From positions 1-64,000 of the forward strand of contig CAYMED010000013.1 in the NCBI GenBank assembly GCA_964389655.1: a stretch of 64,000 nt of DNA. Direction: 5' to 3'. This DNA is from an uncultured Candidatus Poseidoniales archaeon. Its GTDB lineage: Archaea > Thermoplasmatota > Poseidoniia > Poseidoniales > CAYMED01. The translations under genes were made by a program, and so were the position numbers. Each line of letters begins with the position of its first letter. The first letter of the stretch is position 1. Positions 1-8,554 of the stretch are shown in pieces. The notes beneath the pieces are model-generated. The model saw nothing but the letters and a program-made list of their open reading frames with translations, did no database searches and was not told where the DNA came from.

Positions 1-68
1 TGTTGTCAATTAGGTCAACCCTATTGGTTTAAGGGAGATGAACTAGAGGGTACCCCCTGAACAACGCT

Positions 69-1133
69 TCAACGAGGAATTTTGCTCTTCATCCACCGTT
101 TCCAGATGGGCGGAAACAAACTCGGCCAGAACACGCCAAAGTAGCCACTGGGAAGCGTTGGAGCACCCTCATAGGGGCGCGATTTCCAGTATGGCTCGCT
201 TGCTTTGAGGTGGTGTGCGGGATGACGAGATAACTCAAGCAGTGCCCATCTCGACCATCGTTTCTCCGATTGCCATGAATGCATCACGGTTTGGCGCTCC
301 CCCTCTTTTCGGCGCAAGCCGTAGTGCTGGATGTAGTTGACATATTCGAGTAAGACGATCGAAAAGGCTGCTTGAATCGAGAATACAGCCAACACCCAAA
401 CGCCCAACCCATAACCGATGCCGATGAGCAGCAGGGCTTGGAGGACGAGCCCAATCAAGACTGGGTTTCGAATCCATGCATCCGATTTCTTTCTCTTTGC
501 AAGGCGCTTTTTCTCAATCTTCCATGTGCTCACATACTGCAACACAATGGCTTGTGCGACGTGTGTCCAAAGCCCTCGCCCTTCAGGTGCACTAACTGGG
601 TCGGCCGTTGTCGCAACATTGCGATGATGGTTGTAGTTGTGCTCGGTTGTGAAATGGGCATACATGCACAGTAAAAGATTGAAACGACCAAGCCACCATC
701 GTTTTGATCCAGGCTTTTTGTGTCCCAATTCATGGGCGACAATGATCCCTGAAATACCGGCAGCCACGCCGGTGCTCGCAGCCGCCGTCCATGTGGTCCA
801 CACGTTGCCATCGAGGAATGCACGCCAGCACAGTGTGGCGAGAATGACTGGGTTGAGAAGTCCGTGGGCAACTAAGATGGCCTCGTAGGGCATGCCATTC
901 TCAGGTATGGGCCGATTCGGATCTGCTTCCCCGAGCAACATATCAAGCAAGGGCCCAATCACAAATGTAAGAATGAGGGGTGCTACCGTCCACCATCCCG
1001 ACATGAGGTTGCCTAGGAGCACTGAGATGGGAATGACAAAGCCAAGCAAATGCCAAGCCCACGACTCGGGTTTTAGATCCCCCATCAGTTTGCGATGCGC
1101 ATCTCCTTGATCGTAATACCGCTTTATGTCCAT
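69..1133 (-). CDS. alkB: AlkB-like alkane 1-monooxygenase / membrane di-iron (fatty-acid desaturase superfamily) enzyme
   Basis: His boxes HELGHK, EHNYNHH, NYIQHYG (HYG motif) and RHPAHH; C-terminal APTLPSGY; about 6 hydrophobic segments. Confidence 0.8.
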   Translation of the reverse strand: MDIKRYYDQGDAHRKLMGDLKPESWAWHLLGFVIPISVLLGNLMSGWWTVAPLILTFVIGPLLDMLLGEADPNRPIPENGMPYEAILVAHGLLNPVILATLCWRAFLDGNVWTTWTAAASTGVAAGISGIIVAHELGHKKPGSKRWWLGRFNLLLCMYAHFTTEHNYNHHRNVATTADPVSAPEGRGLWTHVAQAIVLQYVSTWKIEKKRLAKRKKSDAWIRNPVLIGLVLQALLLIGIGYGLGVWVLAVFSIQAAFSIVLLEYVNYIQHYGLRRKEGERQTVMHSWQSEKRWSRWALLELSRHPAHHLKASEPYWKSRPYEGAPTLPSGYFGVFWPSLFPPIWKRWMKSKIPR

Positions 1134-1170
1134 GCGAAATGGCTATCACGCGGCCCACAATCCACCACCT

Positions 1171-1584
1171 ATGGAGCCCTACCTTGAGCATCTCAACATC
1201 ACCTCGACGGATGTCGACCAAACGATCGTTTTTCTCCAAACGGCAATGCCTGAATTCAGCATTCGAAGTCAAGGGACTGGCGAGATTTGCAAGCGATGGG
1301 TCCACATTGGGACAAATACGTCTTACATATCAGTCGAAGATCGAGGTGCAAGAAAGAAGGGTCCTCACCAGCCCTATATTCATCCAGGTCTCAATCACTT
1401 CGGGTTTGTCATACAAGACAGTGCAGCCCTCCTTGCTCGGATGCAGAAGGCAGGATTCCGAGAAGGCAAGCATGTTCTTGATCATCCGGCTCGACTTCGC
1501 TACTATTTTTTCGATCATGACGATAACGAATACGAGTTCGTAGAGTACACGAGTGACGTAATCGCCGAGCGAAATGCGCTCTAG
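1171..1584 (+). CDS. VOC (glyoxalase/bleomycin resistance) family protein
   Basis: LEHLNITSTD, GLNHFGF and RYYFFDHDDNEYEFV motifs; ATG 1171 preferred over 1126 to avoid overlap with alkB. Confidence 0.8.
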   Translation: MEPYLEHLNITSTDVDQTIVFLQTAMPEFSIRSQGTGEICKRWVHIGTNTSYISVEDRGARKKGPHQPYIHPGLNHFGFVIQDSAALLARMQKAGFREGKHVLDHPARLRYYFFDHDDNEYEFVEYTSDVIAERNAL

Positions 1585-1589
1585 CCTAC

Positions 1590-2984
1590 TCACTTGTTCC
1601 AGATTCCGAGTTCATCACGGAGTGCAGATTCGAGACTGGGATGGTGGTGTCTGAATCCTGAATCAAGCAATCTCTTCGGACGAACACGCTGGCCTTCAAG
1701 AAGAAGTGCACCTCCCATTTGGCCAAAGAGTGCTCGCACTGCAAATCCGGGCAATGGTGCAATGGTTGGCCGTCTTAAGACGCTGCCCAATTGCTTGGCG
1801 AATGCCTTCTGGGGCACAGGTTCGGGTGCCGTCAGGTTGTATCTTCCTTCACAGTCTTCACTCATCAACAGATGGTGGATCGCATAGACGGTATCGTCGA
1901 GCGAAATCCATGAAAACCATTGCTTGCCCGAACCCACTCTGCCCCCTGCTCCCATTTTGAATGGAAAGAGCATCTTTCCCAGCGCTCCACCACGAGCTGC
2001 GAGTACGATGCCAAAGTGGGTAAAGATCGTTCGTATGCCGGCTTTGCTTGCTGCATCTGCAGCCTCCATCCAGATTTTGCATACATCAGATAGGAATCCT
2101 TGCCCCCGTTCGCTACCCTCGTCGAGTTCTTCGTCTCCTCGATTTCCATACCATCCAATCGCATTGGCAATGAGGAATGCTTCGGGTGGCTGATCCAACG
2201 ATGCGATCGCATTTGCGAGTAATTCAGTGCCGGTTTTCCGGCTTTTGAGAATCTCTTCCTTGCGTTTTTTTGACCATCGCTTCTCTCCAATTCCAGCACC
2301 AGCAAGGTGGATGACCGCATCAAATCCTTGCAGGTCTTCCATCTCGAGGTGGCCATTTTTAGGGTCCCATTCAATGCATAAGTGCTCGGGAATTGTCCCA
2401 CGTTTTGTTGAGGGGCGCACAAGGTGGAATACTTCGTGTCCTCCTGTTGAGAGGAAAGCACACAGTTGCAGACCGATAAGCCCTGTTGACCCAGAAACCA
2501 AGATCTTCTTTGTTGCTGAAAACATGTTGTGCCGTGCAAGGTCTGTCTTCACTCGCAGCTCACGAGATCGAAACATTCGCTCGATGCGTTTGCGCACGCT
2601 TCGTCCGGCAACGAGCTGTCCTAATCCAGCAAGAGGTACGCGATATGCAACTTCATCTCGTATGGTACAACCCCCGCCCTCTCTTTTGACAAACCGATGG
2701 GTATGCTCCCATTGCTTGAATGGCCCGCGTATCATTCGCTCGGCAAACATCTCGCCTTCTTCGCATTCAGTGTGCTTAGCGATCCAGCGTGGTCGAAATG
2801 GACCGAGGGGAAACCGAAACACTCGGCGAATTCCGACATCTACCCCTGGGGCTCCTTCAACTTCGTTGATTGCGTCCCAAGACGGTGCCAATCGAGTAAA
2901 TGCTCCATTGCGAATGTACCAGTTCCACACATCTTCCCGCGCTGCATCGATATGGATTTCGCGGACAAAGTCCTGCTTGCCCAT
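1590..2984 (-). CDS. SRPBCC/START-like domain fused to TIGR01777 (YfcH-like) NAD-dependent epimerase
   Basis: N-terminal GPFKQWEHTHRF (SRPBCC); GSTGLIG Rossmann motif, HLAG, RWS..K, GSGKQWFSWI. Confidence 0.88.
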   Translation of the reverse strand: MGKQDFVREIHIDAAREDVWNWYIRNGAFTRLAPSWDAINEVEGAPGVDVGIRRVFRFPLGPFRPRWIAKHTECEEGEMFAERMIRGPFKQWEHTHRFVKREGGGCTIRDEVAYRVPLAGLGQLVAGRSVRKRIERMFRSRELRVKTDLARHNMFSATKKILVSGSTGLIGLQLCAFLSTGGHEVFHLVRPSTKRGTIPEHLCIEWDPKNGHLEMEDLQGFDAVIHLAGAGIGEKRWSKKRKEEILKSRKTGTELLANAIASLDQPPEAFLIANAIGWYGNRGDEELDEGSERGQGFLSDVCKIWMEAADAASKAGIRTIFTHFGIVLAARGGALGKMLFPFKMGAGGRVGSGKQWFSWISLDDTVYAIHHLLMSEDCEGRYNLTAPEPVPQKAFAKQLGSVLRRPTIAPLPGFAVRALFGQMGGALLLEGQRVRPKRLLDSGFRHHHPSLESALRDELGIWNK

Positions 2985-3037
2985 TGTGTCGGCGGGATCT
3001 GTTCATCTTGATAACACAGTGTTGCTCGCCACGCTTC

Positions 3038-4297
3038 ATGAGGCTGAGTATGTTCTATCGCTTCATGCGGCAAATTCTTCGAGATAAGCCAGCAGACCTT
3101 GATTGGATCCAATCTAAAGGCCTTTTATCGGTCAAACTCGCTCAGATATTTGCGTTGCGAGCGGACATGATTCCAGTTGAGAAATGCCAGCAACTCCAGC
3201 AATTGTATCGATCAGCCATTTCGATTCCAGTAGAAGATGTTCAGCGTATTCTCTCAGAACGAGCCCCTCCTGCATTTCACGAGAATCTCAAATCCTTTGA
3301 TGCCGATCCACTCGCAGCGGCGTCGGTAGGTCAAGTACATCGGGCACAACTCAAGGATGGAAGTGAAGTTGTTGTTAAGGTCATCAAATCCGATTTTGAG
3401 ATGCGATTTCGTCGAGATTTGAGGCGAATACGACGATGGATGCGGGTGGCAATGGTGCTCTCTCCTAAATTGCGCCGAGTTGGAAATCCAATGGGTCTTC
3501 TTGCCCATGTCGAAGATTATACACTCCGTGAACTCGATTTGCGCAATGAAATTCGCGGGGCTAAGCGATTGCGTGAATTGCAAATGGAAGTTGAATCCTC
3601 ATTTCCCATGGATCGAATGCGGCTGCCTCGGTATTGGGCCGAACTATCCAATGCACATGTCCTTGTCTCTGAGTACATCCCCTCGCGAACGCTGGATGAA
3701 CTCGTGCAGGATTCTGATCTATCATGGGAGGATCTTCTTGCTCTGTTTCGAATTCATGGTGCCTACATGTTTGGACTTGGTACATTTCACGGCGACCTCC
3801 ATCCGGGAAACTGCATTCTCGATGATGAAGGAAGATTCGTATTCATCGATAACGGATCTATTTGTGAAGCACCTGAACATGTCCGTTCTGCTTTATTCGC
3901 ATTTTTTGAGCATCTATCCCTACAACGTCTGCCGGAAGCCTATGATGCTCTCCTCACTCTTTCTCAGGAGAAGAAAAAGCCCAAGAGAATCAATCGCTAT
4001 CGATCCCGCATGTCTGAAATCTATGAGGACTTCGAAGCAAAAACTGCTGGCGAGCAAAGTCTGACGAAAACCATGATGGAAACGGTCAAGGCAGCCGTTG
4101 AGGATGCAGGGGCAAATTTTGGTGAGGAGGCCTTTCCCATTATTCGATCACTGATGTACATGGATGGCCTTGTCATCTCCGCTCATCCAGATGTCCGGCT
4201 TGTCCGCTCGATGGGCCCCTACCTTCAAGAATTCAGAGATGGTTTGGGAGTTGGAGATATTCCAGCGAACTTTGATGCTGGAACTGAGGAAACCTGA
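3038..4297 (+). CDS. ABC1/AarF/UbiB atypical kinase
   Basis: KLAQ, AAASVGQVH, VVKV, FHGDLHPGN and IDNG motifs; start chosen at ATG 3038, divergent from 2984. Confidence 0.88.
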   Translation: MRLSMFYRFMRQILRDKPADLDWIQSKGLLSVKLAQIFALRADMIPVEKCQQLQQLYRSAISIPVEDVQRILSERAPPAFHENLKSFDADPLAAASVGQVHRAQLKDGSEVVVKVIKSDFEMRFRRDLRRIRRWMRVAMVLSPKLRRVGNPMGLLAHVEDYTLRELDLRNEIRGAKRLRELQMEVESSFPMDRMRLPRYWAELSNAHVLVSEYIPSRTLDELVQDSDLSWEDLLALFRIHGAYMFGLGTFHGDLHPGNCILDDEGRFVFIDNGSICEAPEHVRSALFAFFEHLSLQRLPEAYDALLTLSQEKKKPKRINRYRSRMSEIYEDFEAKTAGEQSLTKTMMETVKAAVEDAGANFGEEAFPIIRSLMYMDGLVISAHPDVRLVRSMGPYLQEFRDGLGVGDIPANFDAGTEET

Positions 4298-5938
4298 ATG
4301 ACTGATCTTCATATGCGGAAAGTGAGTGGTCGAGATATGAGTATGGAATCACAGCCTCATGCCCTGATTATCGGTGCGGGACCCGGGGGGCTTGCGTGTG
4401 CCCTTCTTCTTGCTCAATCAGGCCTTAAAGTAACAATCTTGGAGAAGGATGACACGCCAGGAGGGCGAACAAAAACAATCACTAGAGACGGATTTACATT
4501 CGACCTTGGACCAACATTTTTCCATTATCCTCAAATCATTGCTGAAATTTTTCAAGCAATCGGCCGTGACGCCTACGAAGAGTTGGGCCTGACTCAACTC
4601 GATCCAAATTATCGCCTCGTGTTTGGTCTAGGTGGCTCGATTGATGCAACCAATGACCTTGACCGCATGGCAGAACAAATTCGGGAACTTGCAGGTGATG
4701 CAGATGCTGAGGGGTTTCAAGACTATATCATGGATAACCGACGCAAACTGAAATTGGCCAATGCATGCATGCAATCTCCTTGGAAGAGTCCGCTTGATTT
4801 GCTGAGCAAACGAGCCTTTCGTGTGTTGAGAGTTCTTCGTCCAACTCGAAGTGTTGCAAGCGACCTCGCCCGCCATTTCAAGGATGAGCGCACCCGCCTA
4901 GCGATGTCTTTTCAGACAAAATACCTAGGAATGAATCCATTTCAAGCACCTAGTTTGTTCACAATTCTATCCTATTTGGAATATGAACACGGCATTTTCC
5001 ATGCAAAAGGTGGGTTGGGAAGCATCACGAAACGAATGGCAGAAATTGCTGTTGAGATGGGTGTTGAATTACGTCTTGGAGAACCGGCTGAGGAGTTGTT
5101 AATGGAAGGTAAAACAGTTATCGGGGCGCGTACTGCGGGAGGTGAGGTGCGAGCAGCCTGCGTCATTGTAAATGCAGACTTTGCTCATGCAATGACGACT
5201 CTTGTTGATGATCAACTGCGGCATCGTTGGACCAAAGAGAAATTGGCCTCGAAATCCTATTCCTGTTCAACATTCATGCTCTATCTGAGCATGGATCGCG
5301 TCTATGACACGCCTCATCACCAAATCTATGCATCAACTGATTATGGCAAAAATCTCGATGATGTAGTCAAAGGAAAAGTTACTTGGGATGATCCCTCTAT
5401 TTACGTTCAAAACGCTTGTGTTACAGACCCATCTCTTGCTCCAGATGGGTGTTCAACCCTCTATGTTCTTGTCCCAGTCCCACATACAAGAGCTGACCTC
5501 GAGTGGAATGAAATCAGTCCAGATTACAGAGATGTCATCTTGTCTCAAATGGAAAAGCTTGGATTTGAAGATCTTGAAAAGCACATCAAGTCCGAGATGA
5601 TTCTTACCCCTGACGACTGGGCGAATTCATCGATTTACCGAGGTGCCGTCTTCAATCTAAGCCACTCCCTGAACCAAATGCTCTGGAAACGCCCTCAAAA
5701 TCGCCTCAAGGATTTCAATCAGGTCTATGTTGTTGGAGGGGGGACGCATCCGGGAAGTGGTCTTCCCACAATTTTTGAGAGTGCACGCATCAGCAGCAAA
5801 CTTGTATGTGCAGATCTTGGGATTAAACCGGATTGGAATGGTCAAGACACATGGTTTCCCGATGTTCGTTATCCCAAAGTGCGCAGAAAGCGCAGTGTTT
5901 CTCAAGGATCTCCGAGTCGTGAATCCCAATCCGTTTGA
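4298..5938 (+). CDS. crtI: Phytoene desaturase family (CrtI/CrtN-like) FAD oxidoreductase; start may be 4337 or 4343
   Basis: IIGAGPGG FAD motif, GFTFDLGPT, DPSLAPDG and C-terminal THPGSGLP. Confidence 0.85.
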   Translation: MTDLHMRKVSGRDMSMESQPHALIIGAGPGGLACALLLAQSGLKVTILEKDDTPGGRTKTITRDGFTFDLGPTFFHYPQIIAEIFQAIGRDAYEELGLTQLDPNYRLVFGLGGSIDATNDLDRMAEQIRELAGDADAEGFQDYIMDNRRKLKLANACMQSPWKSPLDLLSKRAFRVLRVLRPTRSVASDLARHFKDERTRLAMSFQTKYLGMNPFQAPSLFTILSYLEYEHGIFHAKGGLGSITKRMAEIAVEMGVELRLGEPAEELLMEGKTVIGARTAGGEVRAACVIVNADFAHAMTTLVDDQLRHRWTKEKLASKSYSCSTFMLYLSMDRVYDTPHHQIYASTDYGKNLDDVVKGKVTWDDPSIYVQNACVTDPSLAPDGCSTLYVLVPVPHTRADLEWNEISPDYRDVILSQMEKLGFEDLEKHIKSEMILTPDDWANSSIYRGAVFNLSHSLNQMLWKRPQNRLKDFNQVYVVGGGTHPGSGLPTIFESARISSKLVCADLGIKPDWNGQDTWFPDVRYPKVRRKRSVSQGSPSRESQSV

Positions 5939-5947
5939 GGTAGATGT

Positions 5948-6397
5948 ATGGATGATTTGATCGTAGCAATGTTTTGGATTGCATCGATTTGGATCATGCC
6001 GATGTGGTTCTTGATGATCGCTCTTCCATCTCATGCGATCACTGAGCGAGTGATGCATTCAACGTGGATCCTGTTCCCTCTCTTGCTCACGTATGCTGTG
6101 CTCGTGATTCCGGTTCTTCCTGAGTTACTAATTTCTTTTACAACTCAGATGCCTACTCCCGAAATGGTTGCCGATTTACTCTCAGATCCGCGTGGCCAAA
6201 CGCTTGCGTGGATTCACATGCTCGCCCTTGATACCTTCCTTGGAAGATGGGCATGGAAACGTCTCAAACAACGCCAGGCGCCTCTCTATCAGAGCGTCCC
6301 AATCCTACTTCTATGTATGATGGTCGCTCCATTAGGGCTGCTAGCAACACTTGCCATGACTGAATCTCTTCCATGGTTGGATGACGCACAGGCATAG
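5948..6397 (+). CDS. ABA4-like (DUF4281) membrane protein
   Basis: 4 TM segments; MPMWFLMIALP and AWIHMLALDTFLGRW resemble the ABA4-family WxHxLxxDLFxGRW signature. Confidence 0.8.
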   Translation: MDDLIVAMFWIASIWIMPMWFLMIALPSHAITERVMHSTWILFPLLLTYAVLVIPVLPELLISFTTQMPTPEMVADLLSDPRGQTLAWIHMLALDTFLGRWAWKRLKQRQAPLYQSVPILLLCMMVAPLGLLATLAMTESLPWLDDAQA

Positions 6398-6417
6398 AGC
6401 CGCGAACATCTATACTA

Positions 6418-6436
6418 ACTGGGACAAAGTCCCAGT
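6418..6436. promoter_or_regulatory. Perfect inverted repeat ACTGGGAC-AAA-GTCCCAGT just upstream of the 6440 ORF
   Basis: 8-bp arms read directly; function (operator, terminator or junction) unknown. Confidence 0.4.
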
Positions 6437-6439
6437 GTC

Positions 6440-6889
6440 GTGGACCAAGGGACGGTAGAGGTGGCAATTGGCTGCGTCGTGGCCATTTTCATTGTGGTGT
6501 TCATCTACATCTCCATCAAAAGCGAACTCCCCAAGATGATCGAAATGCTCAAACTCCCTGCCTTAGCGCAGAGGCCCGCCTTCCAGGACGGCTCGACACG
6601 GACCCTGCAGGCACAGATAGACGGCAAGGAGAAGGAGTTCAAGGTCACGACACTCGACAACCTCCTCACCAAGATGATGTCGACCAAGAAGAAGGGCATC
6701 CTCTATCTCGATGAAGACCGGAAGGGAGGGAGGAACATAGAGATGGAACTCACTTCAGACGACGAAGACGACTACATGCGTCTGAAGCTGCTGCACGGCG
6801 AGGAAACCCTCAGGGATCAGCAGTTCAACCTCGACAAGGACCTTATCGGTCCGTTCCAATTCGTATCCGAGGCCCTCGAGGATGTGTGA
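6440..6889 (+). CDS. Hypothetical protein with one N-terminal TM helix and atypical C/G-ending codon usage
   Basis: 149-aa ORF with hydrophobic N-terminus; codons dominated by ATC/CTC/AAG/GAC, unlike flanking genes. Confidence 0.7.
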   Translation: MDQGTVEVAIGCVVAIFIVVFIYISIKSELPKMIEMLKLPALAQRPAFQDGSTRTLQAQIDGKEKEFKVTTLDNLLTKMMSTKKKGILYLDEDRKGGRNIEMELTSDDEDDYMRLKLLHGEETLRDQQFNLDKDLIGPFQFVSEALEDV

Positions 6890-6952
6890 TTAGCCCTCCC
6901 TCGCAGTGGTATGCGCCCCCTATCTCGGACAGCACCCGGAGGGTGAGACTGG

Positions 6953-7012
6953 ATGGGTAACTGGATAGTATGGTTCACGGGGCTCTCAGGAGCGGGCCTT
7001 TTAGGTAACTAA
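6953..7012 (+). pseudogene. cysC: Truncated 5' fragment of adenylyl-sulfate kinase (CysC-like)
   Basis: GGAGGGTGA RBS-like site, then ATG reading MGNWIVWFTGLSGAG-LLGN*; matches the CysC P-loop WFTGLSGAGK(S/T) and breaks exactly before the Lys. Confidence 0.7.
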
Positions 7013-7033
7013 TCTCTAGGTGACCATTCAGGG

Positions 7034-8554
7034 CTACAGGATTGGCTGATTTGCTAACCAAGCAAGGTCTGACGTGTACAATTGACGGATGTCGTCAAGC
7101 CCCAGTACGAGCATGGCAAGCCGCTCAAGGCCCATTCCCCACGCAAGAACCGGAGCAATGCAATGGATGGGTTCGGTAACTTCGGGTCGGAAGATGCCTG
7201 CACCTCCTAATTCAAGCCAAGACCCTTTCCAAAGCACTTCGACTTCTAGACTTGGCTCGGTATAGGGGAAGTACGCGGGGCGAACACGCACATCGGGGAA
7301 TCCCATTCGCGTAAAGAATTCGGTGAGTGTTGTAACGAGCATCGTCAGACTTGCCCCGTCCTCCATGATAATCCCCTCAATCTGATGAAATTCGGGGAGA
7401 TGGGTTCGATCGATTGATTCCTTACGGAATACACGTCCGATGGAGAAAATTCGGCACGCTTTATCTGGATGCTTACGTAGGTACTGGATCGTTGCAACAG
7501 TTGTATGTGTGCGCAGCATTGCACGGCGTGAAACATCGTCACTGAATGATCCGCCCCATCCAGTTGAACCCGTATCTCCCCCATCCATGTGGATTGATCT
7601 CCACATCTCAATATCCTCTGGATCAATTTCGATTGATTCTGGCTCTTTGAGATAGAAGGTGTCCTGCATTTCACGTGCTGGATGGTCTTGAGGGATGAAA
7701 AGTGCATCCATGTTCCAGCCTGCAGATTGGACATAATCGCTTTCGATTTCAGAAAATCCCATTGCGACAAAAAGACTGCGTATTCGATCAATTAGACTCT
7801 GCATAGGATGTGGTCGACCCGAAGGGGCAATTGCTGCTTCCAATGAGACATCATAGGCCTTGATTTTGGCCTTCTTCCACTCCCCCCCTTGCAGAACTTC
7901 AGGTGTGAGTTCATTAAGAATAACAGTTTCAGAAAGGGCTACTTCATCGTACTCTCTTCCCTGTCGAGTGGCCTTCCATTGGATGGCCACAGTAGTTGAA
8001 ACTTCGACAAAGTGCTGGCGTGATTTGAAATGGCCAAGCAAATCTTCTCCAATCTCTGCAGAATCGATGCCCAATTCGCCCGAATCCGCAATCATCTTCA
8101 GACCCTGTTCACGTGTGGAAATCTCTGTTTCAGCATGAGCCAGCTTTTCATCCAAAAAGACGATTGCGCCACCTTCAATGCTCATCCCAAGTCGTTTGAC
8201 TTGACCGATCGCAGGTCCTGCTTCATGTGATTCTAGAATCCCACTCGTTCGCAAATCTGCCATTGTGCGACTGTCCACACTTGCTCCAGCATACCAATTT
8301 AGCACTCTTCGCTCGACAAGGCCATGTTCTACTGCACGAATCCCTTGGCTCCCAAGGCGAATGCGAGTTGACTCTTGACGATCGATTTCGATGAGTCCCT
8401 TTTCGGCAAGAAGTGTACCAGAACCTGAAGCATGTGCTTGATCTGTCCACTTGCAAGCACCCAGTACACCTTCCAAACCCATCCATTCAGTGGTCGAGCG
8501 CAGTGCTGAAAGCATACGGCGTTCAGGATTTGTCAGGTCCACGAATTTGCTCAT
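7034..8554 (-). CDS. pheS: Phenylalanine--tRNA ligase alpha subunit, archaeal long form
   Basis: HPAREMQDTFY, LRTHTT, THLPEFHQIEG, YFPYTEPS, AWGMGLERLAM; long N-terminal wHTH region. Confidence 0.97.
   Translation of the reverse strand: MSKFVDLTNPERRMLSALRSTTEWMGLEGVLGACKWTDQAHASGSGTLLAEKGLIEIDRQESTRIRLGSQGIRAVEHGLVERRVLNWYAGASVDSRTMADLRTSGILESHEAGPAIGQVKRLGMSIEGGAIVFLDEKLAHAETEISTREQGLKMIADSGELGIDSAEIGEDLLGHFKSRQHFVEVSTTVAIQWKATRQGREYDEVALSETVILNELTPEVLQGGEWKKAKIKAYDVSLEAAIAPSGRPHPMQSLIDRIRSLFVAMGFSEIESDYVQSAGWNMDALFIPQDHPAREMQDTFYLKEPESIEIDPEDIEMWRSIHMDGGDTGSTGWGGSFSDDVSRRAMLRTHTTVATIQYLRKHPDKACRIFSIGRVFRKESIDRTHLPEFHQIEGIIMEDGASLTMLVTTLTEFFTRMGFPDVRVRPAYFPYTEPSLEVEVLWKGSWLELGGAGIFRPEVTEPIHCIAPVLAWGMGLERLAMLVLGLDDIRQLYTSDLAWLANQPIL

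Noticed and set aside
2227-3087. 286-aa plus-strand ORF and the many other short overlapping ORFs in the track
   Set aside because: They are antisense or off-frame shadows of well-supported genes and show no motifs
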